From Intoshia linei (Eukaryota; Animalia; Orthonectida): a DNA stretch of 64,000 bases. Under the pieces are notes generated by a model. That model ran no database searches. It was not told the DNA's origin and worked only from the letters and a program-made list of their open reading frames with translations. The DNA is taken from positions 1-64,000 of the forward strand of contig LWCA01000046.1 of the NCBI GenBank assembly GCA_001642005.1, read 5' to 3'. A program made the position numbers and the translations under genes. Shown in pieces: positions 37,301 through 52,300 of this stretch; the stretch's first letter is position 1; every line of letters begins with the position of its first letter.

Positions 37301-40300
37301 TCATTATTTTAAAGTACAGTATCCTGTATCTAATTTGACACTGGTTTGGATCAGTAATAGCCCCTATATAATGAGATTTATACATAATATGGGATTCTGG
37401 TGACAAAAATATCGTAATATAAAATGGCAATATTGACTACATATATTGTATATGTAGATTAAGAAAAATTTCATAAGTTGATATAATATATCAAATATAC
37501 CGATTTTGCAATCATTTCCTTCAAACCCAGGAGGACAGAGTGTAAAATATTGATGAATACCATCTATGCATAATAATGGGGGTTGTACAGTTATATCTTT
37601 ACAATCGTCTTTACTAGTTTGGCACAAATCTCCTTCGTAGTCTAAATAATTATGAATTACTACTACATTATATCACTATATATGTATATCTTTAAATAAT
37701 GTTTATGTAATTGTACAATGTGCATTAGGGTGTCACATTTTGAGAAAAATATACAATTTTCTTAATGCTAATAATAATATTAATTTTATTAATTAATAAA
37801 TAATAATGATTTTAATTATTTGATACAAATATAGCATACAAAATAATACATTTAATTTTATTTGGGTAAATATTTTATTTAAACCATCATAAAGAATAGT
37901 TCCATAAAATCGACATTTGTGTGGAGCCAAAGTTCACATGGACTAATTTGAGGGAAGCTGATCAAAACATACACTTAAAAGTGGGGAATTATACATTAAA
38001 CTAATCATAATGATGAATAATATTTAGATACCTAAGACACATTGACATATATATTTAGATCCTGTTTGTACAAGTAAACCATTTTGACATATAATTTGTT
38101 GGCAGTTTGCGTCATTATAATCGCAAACGGTTCCAGTACTTTCTAAATAATAGATTAATTACAGAAAATGTAAACAAAAAACAGAACATTAAAGAACATG
38201 TAAAATTAATAAATTTCTAAGTAAATAATAATTATAATTATTTAATTTTGAAAATTGGTAATAAATCTATCAAAAATCAATGTAATTGATATACTACTTA
38301 TGTATTTTATAGTATATACAGATTTTATTATTAAATTCAAAAAAAATGTGCATTGAACGTCTACAATGTAGTTAAATTTAGTTAAATGTGTAGACTCTAC
38401 ACATTTCCAATAAAGAAATATGGGTGAAAATCTATATGTATTATAATAATGTAATATTTGATAAACCTGAACACTGGCAAGTGTATTTAACCGTATTTTT
38501 GATACATTGATCCGATTTCTCTATACACCACATTGAGTCACAATAAGATACTTTATTTTCACATAATGAACCGTAAAAGTCATTTGTACAACTAAAAACA
38601 TACAATGAAAAATGTAATAAAAAAATTTAATCTAATTTAAAACTTAACAAAAATTTAATCTGAGGTTACCAATAATAAAATTCTTACAAAAATGTTAGTG
38701 ATACAGATGACGATTGGCTCAACCAAAGTATTGATAAACATTTTAAATTTGTTGGTTAAAAAAGTTGTAAAGAAATATTAGGTCCAAAAATACATGGCGA
38801 ATGATATGTAATACATAACTGATAATATCACAATTGAAAATAATGTGAGTGGGTGTAGCTTTTATAATTTGAATTTGACTTACACTCCTACTGCTTATAT
38901 TGCATTCCCTAATATGCACACAAACTATAATTTAGAGTCCATCATTAACAGTTTTAGCCTTAGTCCCTACATAAAAACATTAATTTTACCTACAAAAAAT
39001 ATCATTAAACAATGAATGACATATTCCTTTATTTTGACAATTTTTATTGTCACAAATATTGATGGATTCATCGCAATTTTTTCCGGACCATCCAGCTTGA
39101 CATACACATGAATACGAATTCAATGAATTTTGACAAACTCCTGCGTTTTTACATGGTTTCGTCATGCAATTGTCGTAAAGAGTCTATAATAAATATATAT
39201 TCTAATACATAAAATTCAATATAATAAGAATCGTTATATAGTCGTGGAACAAAAAAAGTGAAAGTATGAAATAACGTATAAGGAACTTTTTAATTGATAT
39301 AACAGAAAGCATTTAATGAAGCTGCTCAGAAGTTTAAGTATATGCCAGATCCTTACTTATATAATGTGCTTTTGCAATATTTGTTTGTCTGTGTGTATGT
39401 TACCGTTTATTTCAATAACTACCATTCTTAGAATTTTATAAAATCCACACTTCAATTACAGTTTTTCTGGGGTGTTAGCAAAATAAATTTCAACCTCCCA
39501 AACTTACATCTTATGGGTCAAAAAGCCCAATTGCCTTTTTTTTAAATCAAACGAGTTCGAAAATTTAAAAAAATATATACTCTAATACGGATTTTAAAAT
39601 CATAAATATTATCATAAATTTAAATTTAAAAAAATATATATATCCTCAGATCCAAAACCACAAATTACCCTATTATTTTTAATGAAAACAGCTATAAAAT
39701 TTAAACAAATTTAGAGGTGGTACAGTTGTATCCTGTTAACACACACACAAAAATTTCAATCTGAATAACTGATGTCTATATACATGATATGTATGATAAT
39801 ATGATAATATTATAATGAAATCATTAATTAAACTTTTCAAACACTTCTTTCATTTTTTATGTTCATTCCCAAATGTTTTCCCTAATTTATAAATGAACTG
39901 TTAACAGTTAACTTAACTCAATGTTGAAAATTGTCTGTAACATATACATGTAATAAGTAAAAATTTTAGCAACTTCGTGATGTGTCATCTGTTTTATCAA
40001 TTATAACCGTAATTAAATAAATTTTTAAACTTTCACTTTTTTTGTGTACAATGTACATTTTAATGTAAACCATTCAGTTTCTTAGTAACAGTTCAATTCA
40101 TCGTTTAATTGTGGCATTAATAAGGGTATTTATCCTTTTTAACGGATTTACACATAATATAATTGTAATAGTTTCACGGGCAGCAAATTATCATTTATTT
40201 ATACAAAATTGAATGTATTCATGTGTGTAACGGTTTGTTTAAAAATTAAGAGTCATAGAAGTTAAGCAACCAAATTTTTAATATAATTTTTCTAGAGTGA

Positions 40301-43300
40301 TGTTTTATCGTAAATTTCATTTTCAGAAATAAATATGTGGACCAGCATTTGGGAAATGCTACGTTAAAGTTAAAGTTAAAGTTAAAGTTAGGTGACCCGC
40401 AGTTTAAGTTTGAGTTTGAGAGTTTGACAAAGGCTGATTCAAATAATAATAATTTTATATTATTAACATTAGCTTGTCCACTAATTTCATGAAATAATTA
40501 AAATCGACAAAAATCGTATAAAAACTAAAAAACGTGGACGCATATGCATAAAGATTAAGAACCTGGCATAAATTTCCATAATAACCACGTTTGCAAGTGC
40601 ATTGAAACAACGACTGAACTTCGATATCATTACATCCTTCATTCGGAAGAGAAATGTTTGTACCAATGCCATCACACTTTTTTGTTAAACAACCGCCAAC
40701 ATAGGTTTCACAATTTTTGCCAGAATAATCTGACCCACAATCACAATTGTACGCATTTATACCGTCAAAACAAATTTTTTCGTTTAAACATGGATTTGGA
40801 ACGCAATCGTCAATATTTACTTGACAATTTTTTCCTTTGAAGCCAGTCACACAACTACAATCATGTGTGTACATTGATTCATTGCAAACACCCCCATTTT
40901 GACATGGGGTTGTACTACAATATGTTTTAATGGCACATTTTCCACTATTCACATAAATTTCGTAATTCCACATTTTTAAAGACAACGGAGCGGAAAGATG
41001 ATTACTGGGACAAATACAATAACCATTGTTGGTAGGATAGTGTGATAAACACATTTCTGTTTTTAAATCACATTTACCTGTACAATAATCTGGCAAAACT
41101 GTACAATATGGTCCACTATATAAATCCAAGCAAGTGCATTTGAATCCATTTGTATCAGAAATGCAAGTACCTTTTGGTCCACACGGTTTTATAGCACAAT
41201 AATCTATTTTATTTATGCAAAATTCTCCATTATAACCCTTGACGCAGTTACACATACTACGAACACCAAATGAAACACATTTCCCACCATTTTGGCAAAT
41301 TATTCCTTTGGAAGTGCAATAATCGTCAATCACAGAACAATCTTTGGATGAAAATGTTGGTAAGCAGAAGCATTCAAAATCTGATCCAATATCATGGCAA
41401 ACTCCTCCATTTTTGCAGGGCATGTTAGCGCAGTAATTTATCGCTTTTGTTTCACAGTTATCGCCAGTATAATCCTTTAAACATGTACACTTTGCGATGG
41501 CTGGATTAACCTGTGTGTTGGAACTACAAATTCCACCATTAAAGCAGTTTTTTATGATACAAACTTCATCATCTTTAATACAATCAGGTTTTAGTTTACC
41601 GCTTGGGCATGTATTGCATACTGAGATGTGATTAATGATTGTACAATCGTTTACGCAAGCAGAAGGACAAACTCCTGTGGCATTGTTATCCAAGCATTGA
41701 ATTGAGTTAATAGATCCAGATTGATTCGTCAATTGATTCAATTGACAAGGGATGCAAACGGTTTGACCAATTTTATCCTGATAAAAATTTTTGGGACATT
41801 TCGCACATGCACCATATCCTGTTTTTGAATTATATCCTTTTGCACAAACTGATATGCAAATATTATGTATTTTCTCGACTACTTTTTGACCAACTGGACA
41901 TGCCACACACTTTTTTTGGATATTATCATATTTCTCACTATCAGCGCAAAATACGCAATCTTTGTATTGTTTTATTGGGTCTTTCGGAATCATATTAACA
42001 ATATGGCAGCTACCTAGATTATAATATATATTTATATTCACATTACACCAAACTTAAAACAATAAAAATTCTTACTTATGCATTCAGACACGGTCCAAGT
42101 GTAAGGGCCGACAGTTGTTAAACCATCTGCACATTTTGAGCATGTATCAGCACCAGTAGATGAATGATATCCAATGCTGCAACTATCGCATTTGTTTGAA
42201 TTGAATACGGTTCCACTGGGACATTTTGCTAGATAAATTTTAATGTAAAATATATGGAATTATCCTTACTGCATTTCCCATTTAGTAAAATTTGTTTATC
42301 GAGACATTTTTCTATAATGTTATTAGTTATTGAAGTGTATGTCAATGTAGGACAATCAAGAACAATACTTGTAGTAATTTTCGAAAATTTAACGAAATTT
42401 GCCACAAAAAAAGTGTAAACCAAATCGGTTTTAAAGTTGAATTGAGTAATGTAAGCGTACTAAAATAATTAAAATTATTCATTAAAATTGTAAAATCAGC
42501 ACTTGATAATGGGAGTAGTACTTAATTTTTGCTTCTAAAATTATAACCAATAATATTACCTCCGTCGATGACACCTTTTCTAGTTTTTGTGTAATTATCG
42601 ATATTACACAATCCGTTTTAACGTTGTATTCTGTATCACAGTAATTTTTAAACCCTATAAGATCAACAGCATTTAAAGCTTTGATATTATTTCCGTGACC
42701 AGTAATACAAACTGGTGTTAAATCACTCAAAACTGAAAATTTGTATTTAATAGTGTATTCTTTTATTGCATCAATATTAGCTAAATTTCACATTATATTA
42801 CATTGTATAAGACTATTATAGTATTATAGCCAAGACTGTAGAGATCCAAAAGGTAGGCCCTATATAAAAATTAAAAATAACATTGGTTCTTATATCCATT
42901 GTTTAAAATAGCGTTAATCAAAAATTTCATCAGCGTATCTTACTGGAAGTAAAAAAATTCAAACCACCATACGAAAATATTTTCTAACATTACTTCTTAA
43001 TTTAGATTAGTATGTCCGTAATATTGTCCCTAGCCCTTTCATCACAATCCTGATTATAGTATAAGAAGTATTATCTTCTACTTAAATAAAATTGAATGTC
43101 TGTGTATTTCTGTGTGTTACAGTTTACTTAAAAAATTAACAGTCCTAGTATTTAACTAAAAACCTGATTTATAATAAATTTTTTTAAGAGTGGTGAAGTA
43201 TAGCAAATTTTATTTCCCGAAATTAAGTTCTTCAGGGTCAAAACCCAATGCCTCTTTTAAACAAAATAAAATTAAAATTTAATTGAGGAGACCTGTGATT

Positions 43301-46300
43301 AAATCAAGCAAATTTGAGAACAGATCTATAAAAATTCCAATACCATGTAATTTAGACCGTTCAAAAGTTATCTATTAAATTTTAAATTTTTGTGTGTAAA
43401 TTGTACTATTTATCTATGGATACAATATCATTTTTTTGTTTAGGGGGTGTGAGCTTAAAAAAGGTTAGGTACACTTGTTGTTGACAATTCATTTTTTAAT
43501 GCAATTTTTTATTCAAGGTATTGGTCTATTTAAAAAATAGTTTGTAAAAACTGTACAAACACAATCTTCGATGAAATTGATATTTCCATTTAGCCATATA
43601 TTGTCTGCCGTATTGCATTGATAACTAGCAATTTCTTTATTAGTTGATTGAAATATATAACCGGCGTTGCATTTTAAATTTGCAGTTAGGATTCCATTAG
43701 TTGGACCAACATATGTGACTTGAGCATTAATGATTTGATTTAGTCCATTCTTAGTACAGTGATCTGAATAATAAAGGAATATCTTTTAAAAATATTAATA
43801 ATACCTAGTTCAATTGAATACGAATAATAACAAACTCCAGATTGATCTTCTTTGGTACCACTAACTTTAAATTGTCTCAATTTCCCTTTATCACTGGCTG
43901 AAACTGTTGCCTTGTCAGTTATTAATGTATACCCAACAGCATTGCTAATTGTATATTTAGAATCGTACGCATTTACGGTTCCGGTTGACTCAACTTTGAT
44001 AACATATGATGCAGGGCATGTAAATAATACATTGGATATTACTAAATTAAATTTTAAACTAAACAAACAAGTATGGATTTCATTGTACATTGTAATTATA
44101 GTTAATTTCTATTTGGAAAAAAATATAAATTTGTAATGTTGACCAGCCATTCTGAACCTTTTTCGGCATAGACTAGAGCCGAAATCACCATACCCAAAGC
44201 TACATTGAATACTCAAAATATTATATTCATAAATGTAATTCTTTATTAAACTGCTCAATTTGGAAAAATGAGGACACAAGAGGGGTCTAGATATAGAAGC
44301 TATCGTAACAACACTATAAAATTGAATGTTTATAAAATAAAGATAACTTGACAAACAATTTTTCTTTAGTTGCATCTTGTACTTAATTATTACTAATCTG
44401 TACTAAATTTAAATTAACGCGTCTTCCTGAATGACTTGATTAGACACTTAAAAAATTATATCAATTTCAAAAAGACATATTATGAAATGTACATTTAAGA
44501 GTGACCTTAAATTGTTTATATCCACCTCAAGAGTGACGTGGCCACGTTGATATTGGCTGATCTAGAAATGTTGCTATGTAGAGTCTACATAAAAATGTAT
44601 AACTGCATAATAATAATAATAATATGTATACTATACAACATACGTTCTCTACCCATTATAAATATGGACCCCTACGATGGCATTGAAAAAACCTGTAAAC
44701 CCCAAAAAATTATATAAATTACATTATCTACCTATGTAAAATTTAATGTTCGTGTGTTACCGTTAATTTAAAAAACGTTAATTTCTAAAACAGTTTTTCA
44801 AAGGTGATTTTCTGAAATTGATACCTTCAGGATCAAAAACCCAATTTCACCATTTTTTAAAAATAAAATTAACGCTAAAATTAAAAAAACACATATTCTG
44901 GGACGCGTTTAAATTCATAAAAATTGTGGTAAATTTAAGCCTCAGAAAATTATTTTTTCGTATTCAAAGCTACAAATTACTTAGTTCTTTTTAAAATGAA
45001 AAAAGTCCTAAAATTTTATAAAACATAAATTTTGTGATTATTTTTAAAATTATGAGCATTATCATAAATCGCAATTCCAAAAAAGTGCAGTTTTACAATC
45101 TGTCCATGGTGAAACAAGTTTGGAAACCATTCCTTGATCCGAAATCCATGATGGAAAAAACTGTTTAATACATGTATTTAAAATGACATTAAATTAAATA
45201 ACAATTACTACAGGTATATAGTATTATTGTTTTTGATATCCACTTAAATTTAGTATTAATGGAAAATAAACATTATATGAGATGCCGTTAATGGGAAATA
45301 ATTACTATAATTATCGAAATATAATTTTTCACTTTTTTTTGTTTCTGTAAATAATATAACTATTAAATTTTTCTTGGATTCCAAAAAAATGTTGTGGATC
45401 CCAGGGGTCCACATGGACTCCGTTAAGAATGATTGCTATACATTATGCACAAAGTAAAGTGCATGGAGAACTAGAGTGCATCCATCTCCAGGCAAACCAG
45501 TTTGTGCAAAGTGGTACAATAGTTTGTATCAGAACACTGTAATTATAATGTAAAATATTACACTTTACTGAGGCTGTTATGGCACATGTTTTAGTATTTT
45601 GAGACGGATCGGTAGCTGTATAAATTATAGAAACACTTTTATCACGTTCCATGGTTGGATCGAAATATAATATATTGTTAGTTATCTTGACCATCCCCGA
45701 ATTGTCCCTGGCCGTTATTACGAGATTTGGACTTGTTAATTGAGTAAATGATAAAACCTTTGGACAATTATCAAATGTAGGTTCAACTTTATCTAAAAAT
45801 AATGTTAAAACGATATTTTATATTATTGAAATTGATCAGAATTTTTTATTTTTAATGAATTACCTAGACATGTAACTACAGCAGGGCTCCATTCTGCTTT
45901 ACCAGAATTGTAAACACATTTTATTTCTGCTACAGAAGCAGTATAACCAGTTGAACATTTTACGCTTAAAATTGACGTTATTTTATACGATTTAGAATTT
46001 GCAAAAGAGTAAGTCAATTGGGGAACTAATGGTGGATCTGAGCAGCTAGGATCTATAATTTATAATTAAATTTATTATAACTATTATTACTATTCTTATT
46101 TGTATAATTAATAAACATTACCAATGCATTGAATGGATTCATAATTCCAATATGCATGACTTCCACCAGTATCAAATTTACACTTTATAGTAGTGACAGT
46201 TTTACTTGGATCATGCGACAAGTGATAATTTGTTTTACATGTAATTGTTGCGGTAGAATCAAGATATGTACTTGTTGCAGCAACATTTGCATTTTCTATT

Positions 46301-49300
46301 GTTGGTGGAGTTCCACAATCATCAACTATAAATGTATATAATTTAAAATATATAACCAATCAAACCCGGGCATTCAAGTGTTGTTCCATATAACAATTTA
46401 TATGTATTGTCAATCGAATTGTATATGCAGGGTAATTCTGTTTTTAAACCGTTCTGAATACTTGTGCAGTCTTTAGAAACTATGTCACCATGATTTACAG
46501 TTTCTCCAAATGTTGGTGTCAAAATAGGAATATTTTTGGTTGGAGCTTTTGGTATTGTACATTTTTGAACTAGTAATCATAAGTAAAAATTTTATTATTG
46601 TATTATAAATATTAATATTATTGTATTTAACTTAATTATAATTAATTAATTTAGTTAATAAGTCAATTACTGGTACATGTGGGAGCAATAATTGTTTCTT
46701 CATTACTACATTTGTGTGAACTTGCCCCAGTCAACGAATATCCTATATTGCATCCAAAATAGACAGTTTCTCCTACATAAATATGCGTTTTTGATTTTAT
46801 CGGAGATGCAATTATAAATGGTCTGTCTGTTCCGAGAGTCAGTGTCGGTAGAGAACATAATTTGTCTAATTTTATTAATCATACAAGTTTTATAAATTAT
46901 AATAAACAAGTACATTTATTCAACTGAATACGTTAAAAATAATAAAATTCATCTTAAATTTACTTATGCACGAATGGTTTATTCTTGGAATGTCTCCCGG
47001 TTTTGTTCCGTCTTCATTTTTTCCTAATGGAATACCATTCAAATTTGCAGATGTGTACAAAACTTTGCTTATAGTTGTACAACTACAAGTATACGATCCC
47101 ATTGTATTTGTACACTTTTCATCACAACCTCCTCCCTGTGTTAAACATTCGTCGATATCTTAAATATACAATTATAAACATACAAAACATATTTAAATAT
47201 AACATTAGACATATAATGATCATATTAATAATATCATTAATAAATAATAATTCATAAACATATAAAAATGAAACGTGAGTGTATTTTTTCTAACATTTTA
47301 TTTAGAAAAGTAATTCCTAGAATTAAAAGAAATGTACCCAGTATTTTCCAGTTCATTTACGGAAAGATTTATTTCATATAAAGTACTTTCCAATCTTTCG
47401 AACAATTCTTTTTACATTTTTGTATGATCAATGATCGTATTATCATTATTAATATGATTGTAATATTAGTAATATTATCATTGTAGTGTAATTAATTTAC
47501 ACTAAAATAAAAAATTTTGAGATGCAATGTAAAATAAAATTTGGGCTAATACATTTTGAAAACATAAATGAATTAATTATATTTTTGGAATCTGTAAGTG
47601 TATTGTTCCAATTTGTAATTTAATTGTTGGAATGTGTAATCACATTATTGGAATTTGTAATTTAATTGTTGGAATGCATTGTAAATTTTAATAATAATAT
47701 TTGTAGAAATAAAATTAAAAATAGACTGAGGTGTTTTCATTAATAAACAAGATATTTATTTTTAAATGATTTAAAGATTCAATTTTAAACACACTTAAAT
47801 GCATTCATAAAAAAACGAATCAAACAACCAATAAACAAAATACACGAATATTGAAATACCTTCACAAGTATTTTTATCTTTTTTTTTATAACCATCTTTG
47901 CAAGCACACTTAAATCCACCAATCATATTGATACATATTGAGTTTAGATCACAAGGTTTAACAGTTATGCATTCATCAATATCTATATTAAATACAATAA
48001 GTTATGTATTGTATGTACACTTCACAGTGGGAATTGCACATTATAAAGAATTTTAAAAAATATAGAAAATGTTATTTTCACCAAATAATACCTTCACGGT
48101 AAAAAATTACTCTAATATTGATTTTTTTTATTTGGTAACTATTTTATTAAAAAATATTTAATATAATAGTTTTAGAATTTAAAAAAACAATATTCTGATT
48201 AAATAATTTACCTATACATTCAAAATCAGTCAATTGTTGATTTGATTGACACTCTACTGTTGTCTTTCCACTTTTTTCTATAAATCCAGGTAAACATGCA
48301 AAATCAACTTTTTCTTTATATTTCATAATATCCATATCGAGTTTTGTTTTAATAAAACTTGAATATTGATACATTCGTAAGTTACACGAGATGGCTAATT
48401 ATATAATTAATGAAGTAATAGTATAATAATAATTGAATTAATTAATCAACATGTGCGGTCATTCAAACTAATAAAAGTACCTAGCTTTAGAAAATTAACT
48501 TTATACTTTATATTGCGACCGAGATGATTTATTTGATATTTTTGAAATTATTTCACGCAATCTCCAATTCTAACTGCGAATGCAAGATTAAAATAACACA
48601 AAACCACTTAATTCATGAAGCCACTAATCCAGAAAACCTGAAATTGTTCGAAATTGAACCGTTTCACGCAACATCCGACTCTATGTGCAAATCCAATAAC
48701 ATAATATAACAATAACAATAGCATAATGAAATAACAAAACAATTAATTGATAAGGAAACTAATCCTAAAAACCTGAAAGTGCCCGAAATTGAAACACTTA
48801 AACCTCGTTCAACTTTGAATACAATCAAAAAATCCAATTTCAACAGTGAAACCAAAATGAAATATCAGGACGACAATTAATTCGTAGAGAAAATATATTA
48901 AAAATAAAATCTTTTTTTTCATTTTAAATCAATACTTAATATTCTTTTCAATGGAGTGAATACGATATTACGATAATATCACCTTATTATATTTCAAATA
49001 TTTAACTACATATTACAATATTATAACCACTTAATTTAATTTGCTTTTAATGTGTTTAAACCGGATATTTTGGATATTTTTTGTTAACCATTATGACCAT
49101 TAAGGCACAGGCAAACTTACCATACTCGAGGAACCCAAAAATCAAAAATGGAATTTTAGTAAATTTTTAATATAAAATTGTGATACAATATACAGTACAT
49201 ACATGTTTTTCTTAAGTATTTCTTAAGTGTTACTTAATAAATTAAGAATTACGTAAACAGGTTGGTAAATCTGGGTTCCATTTTGTATTTTCACCACATT

Positions 49301-52300
49301 GAACAATATTTATGGAATACGCATAAAATCCAGATTGACATTCAATTTTCCAAATAGAATTTGATTCGGTAGCTTTTCCATAAATAAGTTTAGGTATTCC
49401 ATTTTTAACATTAATAATGGGACAATTGACAGCTATAAATAAAAATATTCGTATTACCACGATGAAAGATAATTACATTTGCAAGTTGGAGCCAATGTCC
49501 AACTCCCATTTTCTTGGCAAACTGATTTCAATTCTTTAGATTTTGTAGTATCTAAAATTGTGCCAGCTACACATAAATAAATAGCCAGTGATTCATAAGT
49601 AATTCCAGTTTTTGACACAAACACAGTATTAGTTCCTTTTGGTGGATCTCCACAAATTATTCCTATTAAATTAAATTAAATTTTAAATTAACACCCATAA
49701 ACTTAACAACTACATTTATGTACGTTTCATTTCTGATTGATAAAAACTAATTAATATGCAATAGCAAACTCAATGTATATAAAAATTATTCACAATAATG
49801 GAAAAATTACTATCACAGTTAGGTATAGGACAAACACTCCATCCATCCACTTTACACTCAGCTTCAACAGATTTTAAATGTTTATATTTCGTTTGAGTAA
49901 AGACATGTCCAACTTTGCAAGTAAAAACCGGTTTGTCGCCCCTTTTACGACTTTTTGGAATCATGATTGTATTTTCATTAATTTTTGGATCGAGACAATA
50001 AATAACATAATCAAAAATAAACCCTATACCCTGCTTTATAGAATTTGAAGTAAATTCAATCAAAAAATGTCCTGAATCTGATGTAAACATTAAATCAGTC
50101 AACCCGCTATCCTCGGTACTTTTATACACAATTGTTTCAACATTTAAATTTACAGATTTAATAATAAGAGAATCATCGGAATAGACTTGGAATTTTTTTG
50201 ATTCCTTGATCAATTTTAATGAAGCACCAAATGGAAATTCAATTGGCTTTATATTCCAAATACATTTATTTTGATTGGGTGGATAATTAGTTATTCCATA
50301 TCCTGGAGAGTTAATTTGTTTTTCATTTGAAATAGTTTCGTAACCACAACCTAATTTATACAATTTATAAGGTAAATTAATATACGTTTTGCAATGATTA
50401 TATTTAATATCATATACTTATTTTAATTTTATATTCAACCTGTTTTGTATTCAATACTAAAAAGCATATCATTATTTTCGTTTTGAATGACAATAGATAT
50501 TATATTCGTAGTAGAAATGATGTATTCTTCATTTTTCCATGAATATATGTTTCTGTATTCAGCTAATATTGGACCAGCTTTCTCCTCATAATTTGAATCA
50601 TAAATTGATAGAACAGCACCATCTTTTAGATGTAAATTTACAATCTAAATTTTTAATATTTAACACTTTCAAATAAACTTAATGAGTACCTTTAATGTTA
50701 TTAATAGAGTCGATGAAATAACATAGACTTTGTTAAATGATGGATAGGTGTATAATGGATACAATGGGGTATCTAATGTTTTTACATTGGTTGTAGCAAT
50801 TAACATTTCCGTTTTAGACAATTCCATATCATCAACTAAAATTAATTATAAAGTTGTGAAATGCTATTAAAATAGAAGTGTTGAACTTAACAATGGGTAG
50901 AGTTTACATCTGCCTCTTTATGTAGGGACTATCAGTTTTTTTGTTATATATCAATAATTGCGTTTATAATTTTAAAAATATACAAAAAATAATGTAAACC
51001 AGCTGTATATTGAATCTTAAAATTCAATTTCGATGAATCTTCAATTTTCATGAATTTTATAATAATATTATTATCCAAACTAACGAGAGTTGTTTCATCT
51101 ACACTTAATATTCCAGAGTATACTGCAATTAATTTAGCATCCAATATACTTTTTCCAGCACTCCAAAATTGAACAACGTCTACGTTTTTTACCGATTGAA
51201 AACTTTCAATCTAAAAATATATTGATTATAATTGATCTATATCAGTGTTGACCAGCTTAATTAACTCACGTGTCACATTCCACAAAATTTTGAATTGCGT
51301 TAACGACAATGTTAATTATATTGACATATCTCATGGTTCAACCAAAAATTAAAACGTTTTTCCACTTTCACATGAATTGAATTAAAATTTAATCACTACA
51401 CTAAATTTTACATTTTAAAATATAGAAATCGGATGAATAAGGATTATGCTCATTTCAGTTCATTGTTTGGATTTAATTTATTTATTTGAATGGCGGGCCA
51501 CCATATTTCCAAAACGCATCTATATTAATTCTAAACTTGTGGAAAGCACCACAAATGACCTACTGCTGAAAACGGATAGCCATCGTAGCATATAATGTAC
51601 ATAAAAATCCCTTAAAACTTCACTTTAAGTTGAAAACCTTTGTAAATTTATTGTTCAGTTTTGATGGTAAAGCAATGTAAGTAATTTGGGTCTTATATAT
51701 TTTATAATTATAATTTACCTTTAATATTATTCTTGTACCAATCATAGTTGTAATTAACCAGCTAAAATGAGTAAACGATTCAGTGGTTACATCAAATATT
51801 ACAACGCCTTTATCGTTTTCAATAACTTTTGAAAAATTATAGTCTAAGACAAATGAATATAATTTTTTATTAGTGTATGTTACCGCAATTTAATTCATCA
51901 AATCCGTCTGAACAATCTTTAGTCTTATCACATATGAAAGAATTATTAATACATTTTCCATCATTACAGAGATAATAACCTAAATTACGTTGTATAAAAG
52001 TTGTACGTGTAAAAAAATCAACTACATGTATACATGTAGTTTGAATTAAACGAGGTACCTTTTAGGCATGTGGATATTTTTTCGCAAATGTAATATTTTG
52101 CATTTAAACATGGATTAAATTTAAATGCAAACTGGTAAATATAGTCGGGATCACTTTTTGACACAGAAACACAATCATTGACAGAATTTGAAGCAGTATC
52201 TGGTTCATTCGGGGCCCAAAACCCGTCGGATAATGATTCAATTACTGGACCATTGGACCATTTCATCCAATTTTTATTTTTCAAATTCAGTCGATTCATA

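Noticed and set aside
40363-40390. Interstitial telomeric repeat
   Set aside because: The GTTAAA unit lacks the GG/GGG run of animal telomere repeats and the tract is short.
40455-42041. Separate Notch, Crumbs or fibropellin gene
   Set aside because: It is an internal EGF-array exon (~42014-40563) of copy A. No LNR or ankyrin domains were seen.
47585-47676. CRISPR-like array
   Set aside because: Contiguous 21-bp tandem units without unique spacers, in a eukaryotic intron.
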